Part shown: positions 40,857-50,431 of the stretch, one piece after another | How positions within the stretch are numbered: the stretch's first letter is position 1 | Layout: every line of letters starts with the position of its first letter | Program-made: the position numbers and the translations under genes | The notes under the pieces: model-generated | Database searches by the model: none | Seen by the model: the letters and a program-made list of their open reading frames with translations, nothing else | Told to the model about the DNA's origin: nothing | Assembly (NCBI GenBank): GCA_964291655.2 | Contig: OZ219802.1 | Span: 192,001-256,000, forward strand | DNA: 64,000 nt | Direction of reading: 5' to 3' | Source: Chloroflexota bacterium | GTDB lineage: Bacteria > Chloroflexota > UBA11872 > VXOZ01

Positions 40857-40975
40857 AGGGTTTTTTACCCATTCCCGCCTATCCCTTGTTCACATACTCT
40901 CTCCTTACAAACACCCCCCTTCATCACCCTCCACCTGCTAATACCCGCCTCACTCCTACACTTACTCCAACGAAT

Positions 40976-41010
40976 GAAACCCCCTCCATGAGGAGGGGTC
41001 TTTGTTTGTC
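40976..41010 (+). terminator. Intrinsic terminator after 16S
   Basis: acccctcc-atga-ggaggggt-type stem followed by ctttgtttg. Confidence 0.7.
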
Positions 41011-41174
41011 TCCTTGCTTACCGATGCTCTCCTTTCACAAGTGGGCTGGTCCCGTACGAGCGATCAAATCACCGACCTGCCTAGCCTGTGCGGCGAGACT
41101 GCATGTGCCTTGCATCCCGACACAACGAAACCTCCGAAGGAATGGCGTCCATAGTAGACACGAAGGGAATCTTG

Positions 41175-41879
41175 ATGTCTCTCGCGATCGCCATGCAAGC
41201 CGTGCGTCCAAGAGTGTGGCATTGGGCCGCGCCCCATCCGGACTGGTCTCCCTGGGATCCCAAGATCCAAGCTGGATTTGCTTGGTCGCAGGAGGTCTAC
41301 AGTGTCTGCTATGAGACACCGACCGAGATCGTACTGATCGACCCACTCGCGCCTCCCCACAACAGTCCGGCTGGCCCGCGATTCTGGCAGTCATTAGACG
41401 CTAGGGTACAAGAGGGACGATTGCCGGTGACTGTGCTCCTCAGCACCGACTGGCACGATCGCAGCGCCCAGGCTGTCTACGATCGCTATGCGCAACAGCA
41501 TGGCGCCAGAATCTTGATTCATGAAGCCATGCCACAGGGAGCTCTCAACTGCCAGCCGACGCACTTCTTTCGCAATGGAGAGCTACTGGCTGGAGAGGTG
41601 CAGACGTTTTCCATCACATCGCCACATCCGGAAGTAGCCTATTACCTCACTTCTGCGCGAACACTCATAGTCGCAGACGCGCTGTGGGGCACTCCTGATG
41701 GTCAAATCTGGATTGGGAGCCATGAGTTCTGTACGCTTCTCCCGAAGCTGCTGGAGGAACTAAGAGTTGAGACGCTCTTGCTGTCACACGCGGAACCCAT
41801 CGTTGCCAATGTGCACGCCGTGCTGGCAAGAATTGCGGAAGAACGGCCAGAGTGGATTCATCGCTCACCTATCTCATAG
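41175..41879 (+). CDS. MBL-fold-like hypothetical protein (start uncertain)
   Basis: VLIDPL, LLSTDWHDRS, LIVADAL, LLLSHAEP. Confidence 0.7.
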   Translation: MSLAIAMQAVRPRVWHWAAPHPDWSPWDPKIQAGFAWSQEVYSVCYETPTEIVLIDPLAPPHNSPAGPRFWQSLDARVQEGRLPVTVLLSTDWHDRSAQAVYDRYAQQHGARILIHEAMPQGALNCQPTHFFRNGELLAGEVQTFSITSPHPEVAYYLTSARTLIVADALWGTPDGQIWIGSHEFCTLLPKLLEELRVETLLLSHAEPIVANVHAVLARIAEERPEWIHRSPIS

Positions 41880-42032
41880 GAAAGCCTACGGGTGAAAAAG
41901 CCCTCACCCACATTGAAGCTCGCCTCGTATCCTGGTAACTGACGCACCATAACGCTTGAGCTAGAGAATCTATCCAAGAGAGACTGGTGCGATTCCACTC
42001 GGCTTTAGTAGCCATGCTCAAGCGCCGCACGG

Positions 42033-42061
42033 TTGTAAGGCACGGTTTGCCGTGCTATACT
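42033..42061 (+). promoter_or_regulatory. Promoter for rnpB
   Basis: TTGTAA-17 nt-TATACT with a TG extension, 8 nt before the P1 helix. Confidence 0.65.
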
Positions 42062-42068
42062 GCCTAAT

Positions 42069-42395
42069 GCTGAGTAGACCAGACAGCCGCGCATAGTCCA
42101 CACTTTACGTTGTGGACAGAGTGAGGAAAGTCCCCACTCCAGAGAGCAGGGTAGCGGGTAACACCCGTCCGCCGTGAGGCGAGGAATAGGGCCACAGAGA
42201 CTACGGCCGGTTGGCATCGTTACATGCGATTACGACCGGAGTGAAAAGGGTAACCTCTACCTGGAGCAAGGCCAAGAGAGGGACGTTGAGGCGGCTCGCG
42301 GAGTCCCGGGTAGGCCGCAAAGAGGCGCGGCGCAAGCTGCTGCCCAAGATAGATGGCTGTCCGCGACAGAATGGGGCTTATCGGTCTACTCAACA
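42069..42395 (+). ncRNA. rnpB: RNase P RNA
   Basis: P1 tgagtagacc/ggtctactca; GAGGAAAGTCC; GAGCAAGGCCAA; ACAGAATGGGGCTTA. Confidence 0.96.
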
Positions 42396-42451
42396 CGCAC
42401 CAGAGATGTGTACTCATCTGCGATGCGGACGCATTTACAGTGCGTATGTGA

Positions 42452-42526
42452 CGCGGGGTGGAGCAGTGGCAGCTCGTCAGGCTCATAACCTGAAGGTCGA
42501 GGGTTCGAATCCCTCCCCCGCTACCA
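42452..42526 (+). tRNA. Initiator tRNA-Met(CAT)
   Basis: CGCGGGG acceptor with C1:U72 mismatch; ctCATaa loop; CCA encoded. Confidence 0.95.
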
Positions 42527-42588
42527 AATTGCCAGCTTCTTCAGACCATGTGCTCAGTTGTGTCTCTATGCTGTAGGGAGGGTTCAGC

Positions 42589-43011
42589 ATGGCTGCGCTC
42601 AAGCGTTTGGCAGGCGTTTACTTGCTCGTGGTAGGTGTTGCAGTTACCTTGCACTTCCTTGCCACCCAGTTTTACGATCCAACCTGGTCCGATGCGTCAC
42701 TTCCGGTTTGGCAAGTATTGAATCCACTTCAGATCATTGGCGTGATCGCAGTTCTTCTCGTGGCAATTGAACGCAAGCGCAATGCTAGCGCTGAAGGGAG
42801 CGACTCGCCGGTGACTCGGAAGTACTTGGAGGCCAACGTCCTCTTCTTTTGCGCGGCAGCAGTGCTCATCGCACACCTGTGGAACTGGTTTGGCGTGCAT
42901 TGGTCGGATCCGGCTAATAGCGATACCCAGCTCTGGATCATCATCGACATAGCGCTTGCGCTAATGTTTATTCCTACGTCGATTTCGCTTCTGCTCGATC
43001 CGTCCGAATAG
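42589..43011 (+). CDS. Four-TM membrane hypothetical protein
   Basis: GGGAGG RBS; four hydrophobic segments. Confidence 0.75.
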   Translation: MAALKRLAGVYLLVVGVAVTLHFLATQFYDPTWSDASLPVWQVLNPLQIIGVIAVLLVAIERKRNASAEGSDSPVTRKYLEANVLFFCAAAVLIAHLWNWFGVHWSDPANSDTQLWIIIDIALALMFIPTSISLLLDPSE

Positions 43012-43050
43012 GATCGTTGCCGCAGTCACTCTCGGCGAAAGAGGCGCGCA

Positions 43051-43515
43051 TTGGCAAAGACCATCTACCTCGCCAATCCCTATGGGTTCTCTGCCCAGCA
43101 GAAAGCCTTGCTGCTTCCTCCGTTGATTGCCGCGCTGGAGAGTCTCGATCTGGAAGTGTGGGAGCCTTTCGAGCGCAACAACCAGGTGGACTTTTCGGCG
43201 CCCGGTTGGGCGTATCAAATCGGCCAGGCGGACTACCGCGACGTTGCGGCGGCTGATGCCATCTTTGCCGTCGTCAATGGCGTTCCCCCGGATGATGGCG
43301 TAATGGTCGAGTTAGGCATGGCCATTGCATTGGGCAAGCCGACATTTCTCTATCGGGATGATCTGCGCACCGCGACCGACAGCGGCATGTACCCCTTGAA
43401 CCTCATGCTCTTCACGGGCCTACCCGAAGAGGGGTGGCAGGATTACTATTACTCTGCGATCGAGGAACTCGCCTCGCCGCAAAAGGCCCTCGCCAGGTGG
43501 GCACGAGACCCGTAA
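43051..43515 (+). CDS. Nucleoside 2-deoxyribosyltransferase family protein
   Basis: IYLANPYGFS, D...V..ADAI.A, PPDDGVMVELGMAIA, NLML. Confidence 0.9.
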   Translation: MAKTIYLANPYGFSAQQKALLLPPLIAALESLDLEVWEPFERNNQVDFSAPGWAYQIGQADYRDVAAADAIFAVVNGVPPDDGVMVELGMAIALGKPTFLYRDDLRTATDSGMYPLNLMLFTGLPEEGWQDYYYSAIEELASPQKALARWARDP

Positions 43516-43540
43516 CGCGGTATGCACCTACACTTGCTTT

Positions 43541-43563
43541 GCCCCCGTGCATGGGGGTTTTTT
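43541..43563 (+). terminator. Intrinsic terminator
   Basis: gccccc-gtgcat-gggggt followed by a T tract. Confidence 0.7.
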
Positions 43564-43628
43564 CTTGTAGCCGATCGTGCCGGCGCGTAGATTGCCAGAT
43601 GTGAAAGTCACTCTCAACGAGAAGCTCA

Positions 43629-44903
43629 ATGATGCAATCCGTTTCTGAACTGCCGGATTGGCTTACTTCACTGGCCCGAGAGCGAGGCGTCGACCGCCGT
43701 ACGCTCCTGCATCTGTTGGGAACCGGAGGATTGGCAGCGGTTCTCATGGCGTGCGCTGAGATTCGCGTCCCCGCTGACGCTGAGCACGCGCCGGAAGGGT
43801 CGACACGTTCAATAGAGGGTTCATCCAACGCAGCTTCGGACAAACCAGCGGCCTATTTCAAAGAAACCGCGCCCTTTCTCAGGCATGGGGAGAATGGCTT
43901 GGAGTCCCGTCTGGAGAACATGCAGGGATTCATAACACCAAGGCGCCTATTCTTCGTACGCAACAACTCTGCCAGTATCGACGTCAACGTTGACGGCTGG
44001 CGGCTCTCCGTAGAAGGCGATGCGGTGACCCGCCCACGGGAATTCTCTTTCAAAGACATCCAGCGCCTGCCCAGTCGGACGGTGATTTCCTATCTCGAGT
44101 GCGCCGGTAACCAGCGGGCGATGTTCGATCTGGTGATGGGACAGGCGGCACAGGGCACCCAATGGATGACCGGCGCCGTAGGGAACGGCGCTTGGACCGG
44201 TGTTTCCCTGGGGGACGTGCTTGAGTTGGCGGGGGTCACCTCGGATGCAGCCAGTGTGCTGCTCATCGGTCTGGACATCGAGTCGCCGGAGGAAGGCTGG
44301 CGTCGTGCCTTGCCCATTGAAAAGGCCCGGGATCCCGACACTCTGCTGGCCTACGGATTGAATGGCGAAGACTTGCCCCGGGACCACGGTTATCCGCTGC
44401 GGGCGCTCGTGCCCGGCTGGGTGGGAAGTGCCAGCGTCAAGTGGCTGAGCCGCATTGTAGTCTCTGCTAGCCAATTCTGGACGCGCAACAACACGACCTC
44501 CTACGTGCTCATTGGCGACGCGTATCCAGGTGAGGGAGAAGCGCTGGGCAAAGTGCTCACCACCCAGGTGATCAAGAGCGCACTGGCGCTCCCGTGGCCT
44601 GCTGAATTGGACGCAAGGCCGCACCGTTTGCACGGCTACGCGCACTCGCCGTTTGGCGCGATAGCACGCGTGGACTGGAGTGTCGATGCCGGCGCAACCT
44701 GGAATGAGACCAGGGTACTTGAACCGCAGATCCAGCACTCTTGGGCGCGTTTCGAATTCGCCTGGGATGCGCAGGCAGGAACGCACACCCTCATGACCCG
44801 GGCGACGGACACGGCCGGGAATACCCAGCCTGACAAGACTCCCTTCAATGAGAAGGGCTATCTCTTCAACCAACCGCTGCCCCATCCAATTTCAGTCAAG
44901 TAA
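43629..44903 (+). CDS. Sulfite oxidase-family molybdoenzyme, Tat-exported lipoprotein
   Basis: DRRTLL, MAC lipobox; FFVRN, LECAGN.R, W.GV.L, HGYPLR..VPGW.G..SVKWL, RATD..GN.QP. Confidence 0.92.
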   Translation: MMQSVSELPDWLTSLARERGVDRRTLLHLLGTGGLAAVLMACAEIRVPADAEHAPEGSTRSIEGSSNAASDKPAAYFKETAPFLRHGENGLESRLENMQGFITPRRLFFVRNNSASIDVNVDGWRLSVEGDAVTRPREFSFKDIQRLPSRTVISYLECAGNQRAMFDLVMGQAAQGTQWMTGAVGNGAWTGVSLGDVLELAGVTSDAASVLLIGLDIESPEEGWRRALPIEKARDPDTLLAYGLNGEDLPRDHGYPLRALVPGWVGSASVKWLSRIVVSASQFWTRNNTTSYVLIGDAYPGEGEALGKVLTTQVIKSALALPWPAELDARPHRLHGYAHSPFGAIARVDWSVDAGATWNETRVLEPQIQHSWARFEFAWDAQAGTHTLMTRATDTAGNTQPDKTPFNEKGYLFNQPLPHPISVK

Positions 44904-45040
44904 TCGGCCACACTTAGCCCTATGCAACGTTCAACCGGCAGAGTCTGGGTCTTCCTCGACTTGGAGTGTGATGGCACAAGACGGTACAGTGGTTAAAGAG
45001 ACAGGGCGAAATTACGCGATCACTATTGAGGAGCCCGCAC

Positions 45041-46057
45041 TTGAAAACCCCTGGACTTGCTGTCGAGGCTACGGAACTGACCAAAGTCTACCGCAATGGC
45101 GTGCTGGCAAATGACCGACTGGACGTTGCCGTGCCTCGTGGCCAAGTTTACGGCTTGCTCGGCCCAAACGGGGCAGGCAAGAGCACATTCGTCCAGCAGG
45201 TCATGGGTCTCGTTCGGCCTACCTCGGGGAACGTCTGGGTATTTGGCGTAGACGCGGAGCATGAACCTGAGCGCGTCAAGCGCATGATTGGCTATTTGCC
45301 GCAGACGTCGTTTGCAATGCGCGACTTGCTGGGGGAAGAAGCCATTTATTTTACCGGACGCCTTAAGGGTCTCCCGCACAAGGAGGCACTACGCCAGCGA
45401 GACGTGTATATCGAGCAGTTTGAGGTCGATGAAATCCGGCGCAAGCCGATAAACCAGCTCTCAGGCGGCATGCAACGCATGACGGGCTTCATCATGGCCC
45501 TGCTTGGCAGCCCGCCGTTGCTGGTGCTCGACGAACCGACGAACGATCTCGATCCGTTGCGGCGTCGGGCAGTTTGGGATGCTATCCGCCGTGCAATAGT
45601 CTATGATGGCGCCGCCTGTCTCTTGGTAACGCATAACGTGCTCGAAGCCGAGCGGGTAGTGGACAAGGTTGCCCTGATCGACGAAGGTCGGGTACTCGCC
45701 GAGGGTACGCCCGGCGCAATGAAGGGCCGCCTGGGCGATACAATCCGACTCGAACTCTGGCTGCGAGACGGCGCTGCGCTCTCTCGAGCTCAGGAAGAAA
45801 AACTGAGCACTCTCGGCGCGCTGCATCTCCCCCGACCGCAGCACGTACTCTTGCGTGTGCCGCAAGCGCGGGTAGGGCAGACCATAGACCAGGTCTTGGC
45901 TGAAATCGGCGCCGATGCGGTGGAGGACTTTCGCTTGGCAACGGCTTCTCTCGAGGACGTCTACGTAGAGGTTGTCGGTCGATCCCTGGAAGACACGGAG
46001 GGTGAAGAACCGGCAGAAGTGTCCGAGCCGGACCCTGTGGGCGCTGAACGGTTGTAG
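45041..46057 (+). CDS. ABC transporter ATP-binding protein (start uncertain)
   Basis: GPNGAGKST, LSGGM, LVLDEPT, VTH. Confidence 0.93.
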   Translation: MKTPGLAVEATELTKVYRNGVLANDRLDVAVPRGQVYGLLGPNGAGKSTFVQQVMGLVRPTSGNVWVFGVDAEHEPERVKRMIGYLPQTSFAMRDLLGEEAIYFTGRLKGLPHKEALRQRDVYIEQFEVDEIRRKPINQLSGGMQRMTGFIMALLGSPPLLVLDEPTNDLDPLRRRAVWDAIRRAIVYDGAACLLVTHNVLEAERVVDKVALIDEGRVLAEGTPGAMKGRLGDTIRLELWLRDGAALSRAQEEKLSTLGALHLPRPQHVLLRVPQARVGQTIDQVLAEIGADAVEDFRLATASLEDVYVEVVGRSLEDTEGEEPAEVSEPDPVGAERL

Positions 46058-46072
46058 TGTGAAAGCATCTTT

Positions 46073-46861
46073 ATGACAAGCACTAGCAGTATGCAACTAC
46101 ATGCGGCGTGGACGAGCCTGAAGCACTTCTGGCAAAACTACGTTCATTTGTCTGCCGTGATCATATTGGAATTTCGGCAGTGGCTGACGATGATTCTCTC
46201 AATTTCAGTACTGCTCAATCTTGGTATGGTCTTTGCATTTTCATTTATCTCCGGATCGCGGGAACCGGAGTTAGGCCGGTACTTTGTATCAGGCGCAGCC
46301 GTTATGTCGCTGGTCACGCTAGGGATCATGATGGTGGCCCAAGACATGGCCCAATCAAGGCGCAACGGCGCCATTCTTTACTACGCTTCGCTGCCCATCA
46401 GCAAGACGGCCTTCATTCTGGCGGTGGTCACGGGCAATGGCATCGCCGCCATTCCTGGCATGATAATTACGCTGCTGGTGGGTAGCTGGTACTTTGGCTT
46501 TCCACTGGCATTCAACCCGCTCATATTCGCTGTCGTACCGCTCAGCGCCATTTCGCTCGCGGGCGTGGGGGCCGCGATCGGCCTGGGCATTCCCAACTGG
46601 CGCGTCGCGGGCCTTGTGGCGCAAGCAACGATGTTCTTCATCATGTTCTTTGCGCCGGTAATGATTCCCTTCGACCGCCTTCCCGCCATCCTGCAGTACA
46701 CCGGCATGGTCTTACCGCCAACCTACGCCGCCCAGGCCTTTCGCGCCGCCCTGCAGCCGGAAATCACTGCCACCTTGCTGAGAGACCTGGCAATCCTGGC
46801 GGTATTCGGCTTAGGCTCGTTAGCTATCGTCGCACGCTCTCTCAAGTGGCGGCTTGAATAG
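46073..46861 (+). CDS. ABC-2 type permease
   Basis: Six TM segments; P...LP..L......P.TY motif. Confidence 0.88.
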   Translation: MTSTSSMQLHAAWTSLKHFWQNYVHLSAVIILEFRQWLTMILSISVLLNLGMVFAFSFISGSREPELGRYFVSGAAVMSLVTLGIMMVAQDMAQSRRNGAILYYASLPISKTAFILAVVTGNGIAAIPGMIITLLVGSWYFGFPLAFNPLIFAVVPLSAISLAGVGAAIGLGIPNWRVAGLVAQATMFFIMFFAPVMIPFDRLPAILQYTGMVLPPTYAAQAFRAALQPEITATLLRDLAILAVFGLGSLAIVARSLKWRLE

Positions 46862-47033
46862 ACTTCGTGCCATTCCAAATTCAAGGCGCGCGAGGGAAAA
46901 ACAGTCGTCGTAGGGCCAACTGAAATGGTCAAGTACGCGCGCCGCCTTTCCACAAACGGCAATTTGATAGGCGTTGCAAGATTCCTTGGCAGTCACGGTG
47001 GGCAGGCTGGCAGCATTCTAAAGTGAGATGTCC

Positions 47034-48185
47034 CTACAGCGCCTTGTAAAGAATCTGTAGGATGTCATCTTCAGTTACTTTGCGTGGATTGATGCCGACG
47101 TTGCGGCTGCGGAAGGTGTCCTTGACAATGGCATCGAAGTGCTCGTCAGATACACCCGCTTCACCCATCGATGCAGGAATGCCAATGTCGGACTCCAAAT
47201 CTCTGATCGCGTCGATAGCCGCGAGTGCGGCTTCTCGTTCGGCTTGACCGGGAAAGGTCGCATCGAATTCGCGGGCCACTGCCGCCAATTGCGGTTCGCA
47301 TCCGATGCGGTTGAAGTCAAGGCAGTGGGGAAGCAGGAGCGCATTGCTCAGCCCGTGCGGCAGGTGATGGTACGCGCCAACAGGATGGGCCATGGCGTGA
47401 ACTATGCCAAGTCGCGAGTGGGCAAAGCCAATGCCTGCGATGCACGCCGCCGCCTGCATCTCGCCAATGGCGGCCATGTTGCCGCTGTTGGCAACCGCGG
47501 CACGGAGGTTCTGGCTGATTAGATGAATCGCGTGGAGATTGAAGGCATTGGTAAAGGGAGTCGAAAGCGGCGACGTCATGCCCTCCACCGCGTGGGTCAG
47601 GGCATCCATGCCCGAATGCGCCACGACATGCGACGGCAACGTGGTGAGCATGGCGGGATCGAGAAAAGCTATGCGCGGCGCCAGACGCGTGCTCAAGATA
47701 GACATCTTGAACTGCTGGCTGGGTAGGGTGATCACCGCGGCAAACGTGACCTCGGAGCCGGTCCCTACCGTGGTTGGCACAGCGTAGAGCGGCGGCAGGT
47801 CGTTCTCAAATGCGTCAAAGCCCTCGTAATCGGCCACCGCGCCGCCATTAGAGACTACGACACCAGCGGCCTTGGCCACGTCCAATGAACTGCCGCCGCC
47901 GACTGCCAGCAGACCGTCACAGCCCGCCTCTTGATAGGCTAAAACTACGGCCTCCACGATGCTCTCTTCCGGGTCGGCTTGCACCTCAGCGAAGATTGCA
48001 TGTGCTATCCCGGCATCTTGCAGCGATTGGGTAACCGGAGCGAGCAAGCCGGCGTTTACGATGCCTTGGTCCGTGACGACGAGAACACACGTGTGATTCT
48101 GCGCCGCAAGCGCGGGGCCAATCTCTGCTATGGTCCCAGTGCCGCTGAGCACCTGGGTAGACACTTGAAAGGCGTGAACCGCCAT
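47034..48185 (-). CDS. Iron-containing alcohol dehydrogenase
   Basis: GGGSSLDVAK, PTTVGTGSE, DALTHAVE, HAMAH, HGLSNA. Confidence 0.95.
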   Translation of the reverse strand: MAVHAFQVSTQVLSGTGTIAEIGPALAAQNHTCVLVVTDQGIVNAGLLAPVTQSLQDAGIAHAIFAEVQADPEESIVEAVVLAYQEAGCDGLLAVGGGSSLDVAKAAGVVVSNGGAVADYEGFDAFENDLPPLYAVPTTVGTGSEVTFAAVITLPSQQFKMSILSTRLAPRIAFLDPAMLTTLPSHVVAHSGMDALTHAVEGMTSPLSTPFTNAFNLHAIHLISQNLRAAVANSGNMAAIGEMQAAACIAGIGFAHSRLGIVHAMAHPVGAYHHLPHGLSNALLLPHCLDFNRIGCEPQLAAVAREFDATFPGQAEREAALAAIDAIRDLESDIGIPASMGEAGVSDEHFDAIVKDTFRSRNVGINPRKVTEDDILQILYKAL

Positions 48186-48528
48186 ATGTACGCGCTCCTC
48201 TTGCTGTAATGCAAAATGCTGGCATGAGTGTAGCAGGGCGATTTCGACGTGGCAAACTGCCGGTCAGAACGCCTGCGGTCGTGAGGAGCCCGGAAGTGCC
48301 GTTCACTTGAGCTCTTCAAGTGTGTGCAGTTCGGAGCGGCAAAACGTTGCACGTCGATGCAGTCCGCCCGCAACGCCCTGGCTTCCAATCCAAGACTTGG
48401 GGCTGCTTGACTAACCCGCGAATGCTTATGTATATTGCTCACAAGGCAGCTATGGCGGCAAAGCGTGTGTACGCCGCCGGGGTAGTCTTGGTTCGTATCA
48501 AAGCACCACCTTGAAGAGGGAGAGGACT

Positions 48529-49926
48529 ATGCGAATTTCGCACATGACTCGGCGTAGTTTGCTGGCTTCCGGCGCTGCGATTGGCGCACTTGGCTTGCTG
48601 GCAGCCTGCGGACAAGTAGAGACACAGACCGGCGAGATGGACGGCGACCAGCCGAAGGCTGCGGAACCGGCTGCGGAAGCAGGGCCAAAGACAGAGGAAG
48701 TCAAGCTTAGCGTGCAGGATGGCGGCCGCTGGCAAGAGTGGGCGGAAGGCATCCTGAATGAGCGTTTCCAGGCAAAGTATCCCAACGGTGAGGTCGTCTT
48801 CACGCCCCGCACGGGGGGACAAGCCCATACCTTTGTGGAACTTTCGGTTGGCTTGGCGGCCGGCCAGATGCCCGATCTCTTCAAGATGGGGCAGGCAATT
48901 GCGCCTTCAATCTACATGGCGGGGCTGTCAGTACCGCTCAACCCCTACTTTGCCACCTGGGGCATGGAGCCGGACTTCCTGCCCAGCACGCTGGATACCG
49001 TCCGCGTCAAAGGGCAATTGCAGGGCATGCCCATGATGGCGGCCAATCGCTCGTACTGGCTCCGCGATGACCACATGTCCGAGGCCGGTTTGACGCCGCC
49101 CACCGCGTGGACCATGGATGATCAGGCCGATTTTGCAACCACCATGACAAAGTGGAAGGTACTGGGCAAAGAAGTCGAGCGCTATGGGTTCAGCCCTGGC
49201 AATCTCGGTCGTGATCCCGAGGAAGCCGAATTGAACGGCATTGTCGAGTCGAATGGCGTGCAATGGGTCACCAATGGTAAGGCATCCGGGTTCGTCAACA
49301 GCCCTGAAGCTATCGCGGGACTGGAATTTCAGTTGCGCCGCAAGCGGGGCTTCAATCCTCATGGCTCGTCCTACGTCGGGCCGGAATTCAGTGGCTACGG
49401 TGCGGGCTTTGCCGGCGGCTATGTCTCCATGATTTGGGGTAACGCCGCCATCGGCCGCCGCGTTGCAACAGATTCTCCGGAAGACGTCGACGAAATCTAC
49501 GTCGCGCCGGAGCCTATGGGCGACCAGCGGGCCGTCAGCCTTTCCTTCAACGACTGGCTGGGCATGGGCGCCGCCACCAAGAACCCAGACGTCACATGGG
49601 ACCTCTTGCTCACGGTACATGAAGACGACGTGCTCATCGCCTATGACGAGTTGACGTTCTTCTTGCCGCCGCGTGTGTCGGTGGCTGCCAAGGCTCCCTA
49701 CGTGCAGGAAAACGGTTTCTTGTCCGGCTTGTTGAACAATCTGCAGAGTGTTGGTCTTGGTCGCCAGCCCATCCCAGGTTGGGACAAGATGCGCCCCATC
49801 ATTCTGGAAGAGTTGGCGAAAGCCGGCGCTGGTGAACTCGACGCCCGTGACGCGCTAGATAACGTTGCGGCTCGTTGGGACGTCGTGCTCCAAGAGCCGG
49901 CCATCCAGGAATTCTACAACGAGTAA
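48529..49926 (+). CDS. Extracellular solute-binding protein (family 1), Tat lipoprotein
   Basis: TRRSLL..LAACG; AAGQMPDLF; G.P; WT.DD; KNPD.TW. Confidence 0.85.
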   Translation: MRISHMTRRSLLASGAAIGALGLLAACGQVETQTGEMDGDQPKAAEPAAEAGPKTEEVKLSVQDGGRWQEWAEGILNERFQAKYPNGEVVFTPRTGGQAHTFVELSVGLAAGQMPDLFKMGQAIAPSIYMAGLSVPLNPYFATWGMEPDFLPSTLDTVRVKGQLQGMPMMAANRSYWLRDDHMSEAGLTPPTAWTMDDQADFATTMTKWKVLGKEVERYGFSPGNLGRDPEEAELNGIVESNGVQWVTNGKASGFVNSPEAIAGLEFQLRRKRGFNPHGSSYVGPEFSGYGAGFAGGYVSMIWGNAAIGRRVATDSPEDVDEIYVAPEPMGDQRAVSLSFNDWLGMGAATKNPDVTWDLLLTVHEDDVLIAYDELTFFLPPRVSVAAKAPYVQENGFLSGLLNNLQSVGLGRQPIPGWDKMRPIILEELAKAGAGELDARDALDNVAARWDVVLQEPAIQEFYNE

Positions 49927-49964
49927 ATTGAATTCTGGGTTGGATTCGGACCAAGCAAAATACG

Positions 49965-49997
49965 CACGAGCCGGTTCTTTCGCAGAACCGGCTCGTG
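49965..49997. terminator. Strong hairpin after the SBP gene
   Basis: cacgagccggttct-ttcgc-agaaccggctcgtg, a 14-bp perfect stem. Confidence 0.65.
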
Positions 49998-50431
49998 TGA
50001 CTCTCTGGTTGGTCCACCCATGGCATTGCCTTGTACGGAACTGGGGACAAGCAATCCGTCACCCTACACTCAGATGAGCTCTGACAAGCTGGCCTGCGGC
50101 CTGTAGCCAAATGCCGTTGGATGATCGGGCACGTGGAGGATAGATTGTCCGACAGTAGCTGCAGCCGCTCATCGCTGAGTCCGCTTGGAACATGCAACCG
50201 CACCGCGATTGATTCTCGGTTGCATCGCGGAAATTGTCGTGTTCGTTGCGAGCCCTGCCTCGCTCCAAGCCCTGCCGCGTCTCGGCATGCCGGTCGGTGT
50301 ACTATGGACTTTAGGTATTCGCACCGTTTCCGTTGGGGCGCATACCAGGAATGGCTAGCCTCAGACGGCCACTTGCAGAGACGAGGATGCGCTCTCGCCC
50401 ACACTGCACTCAGAATTGAAAGAGGTTGACA

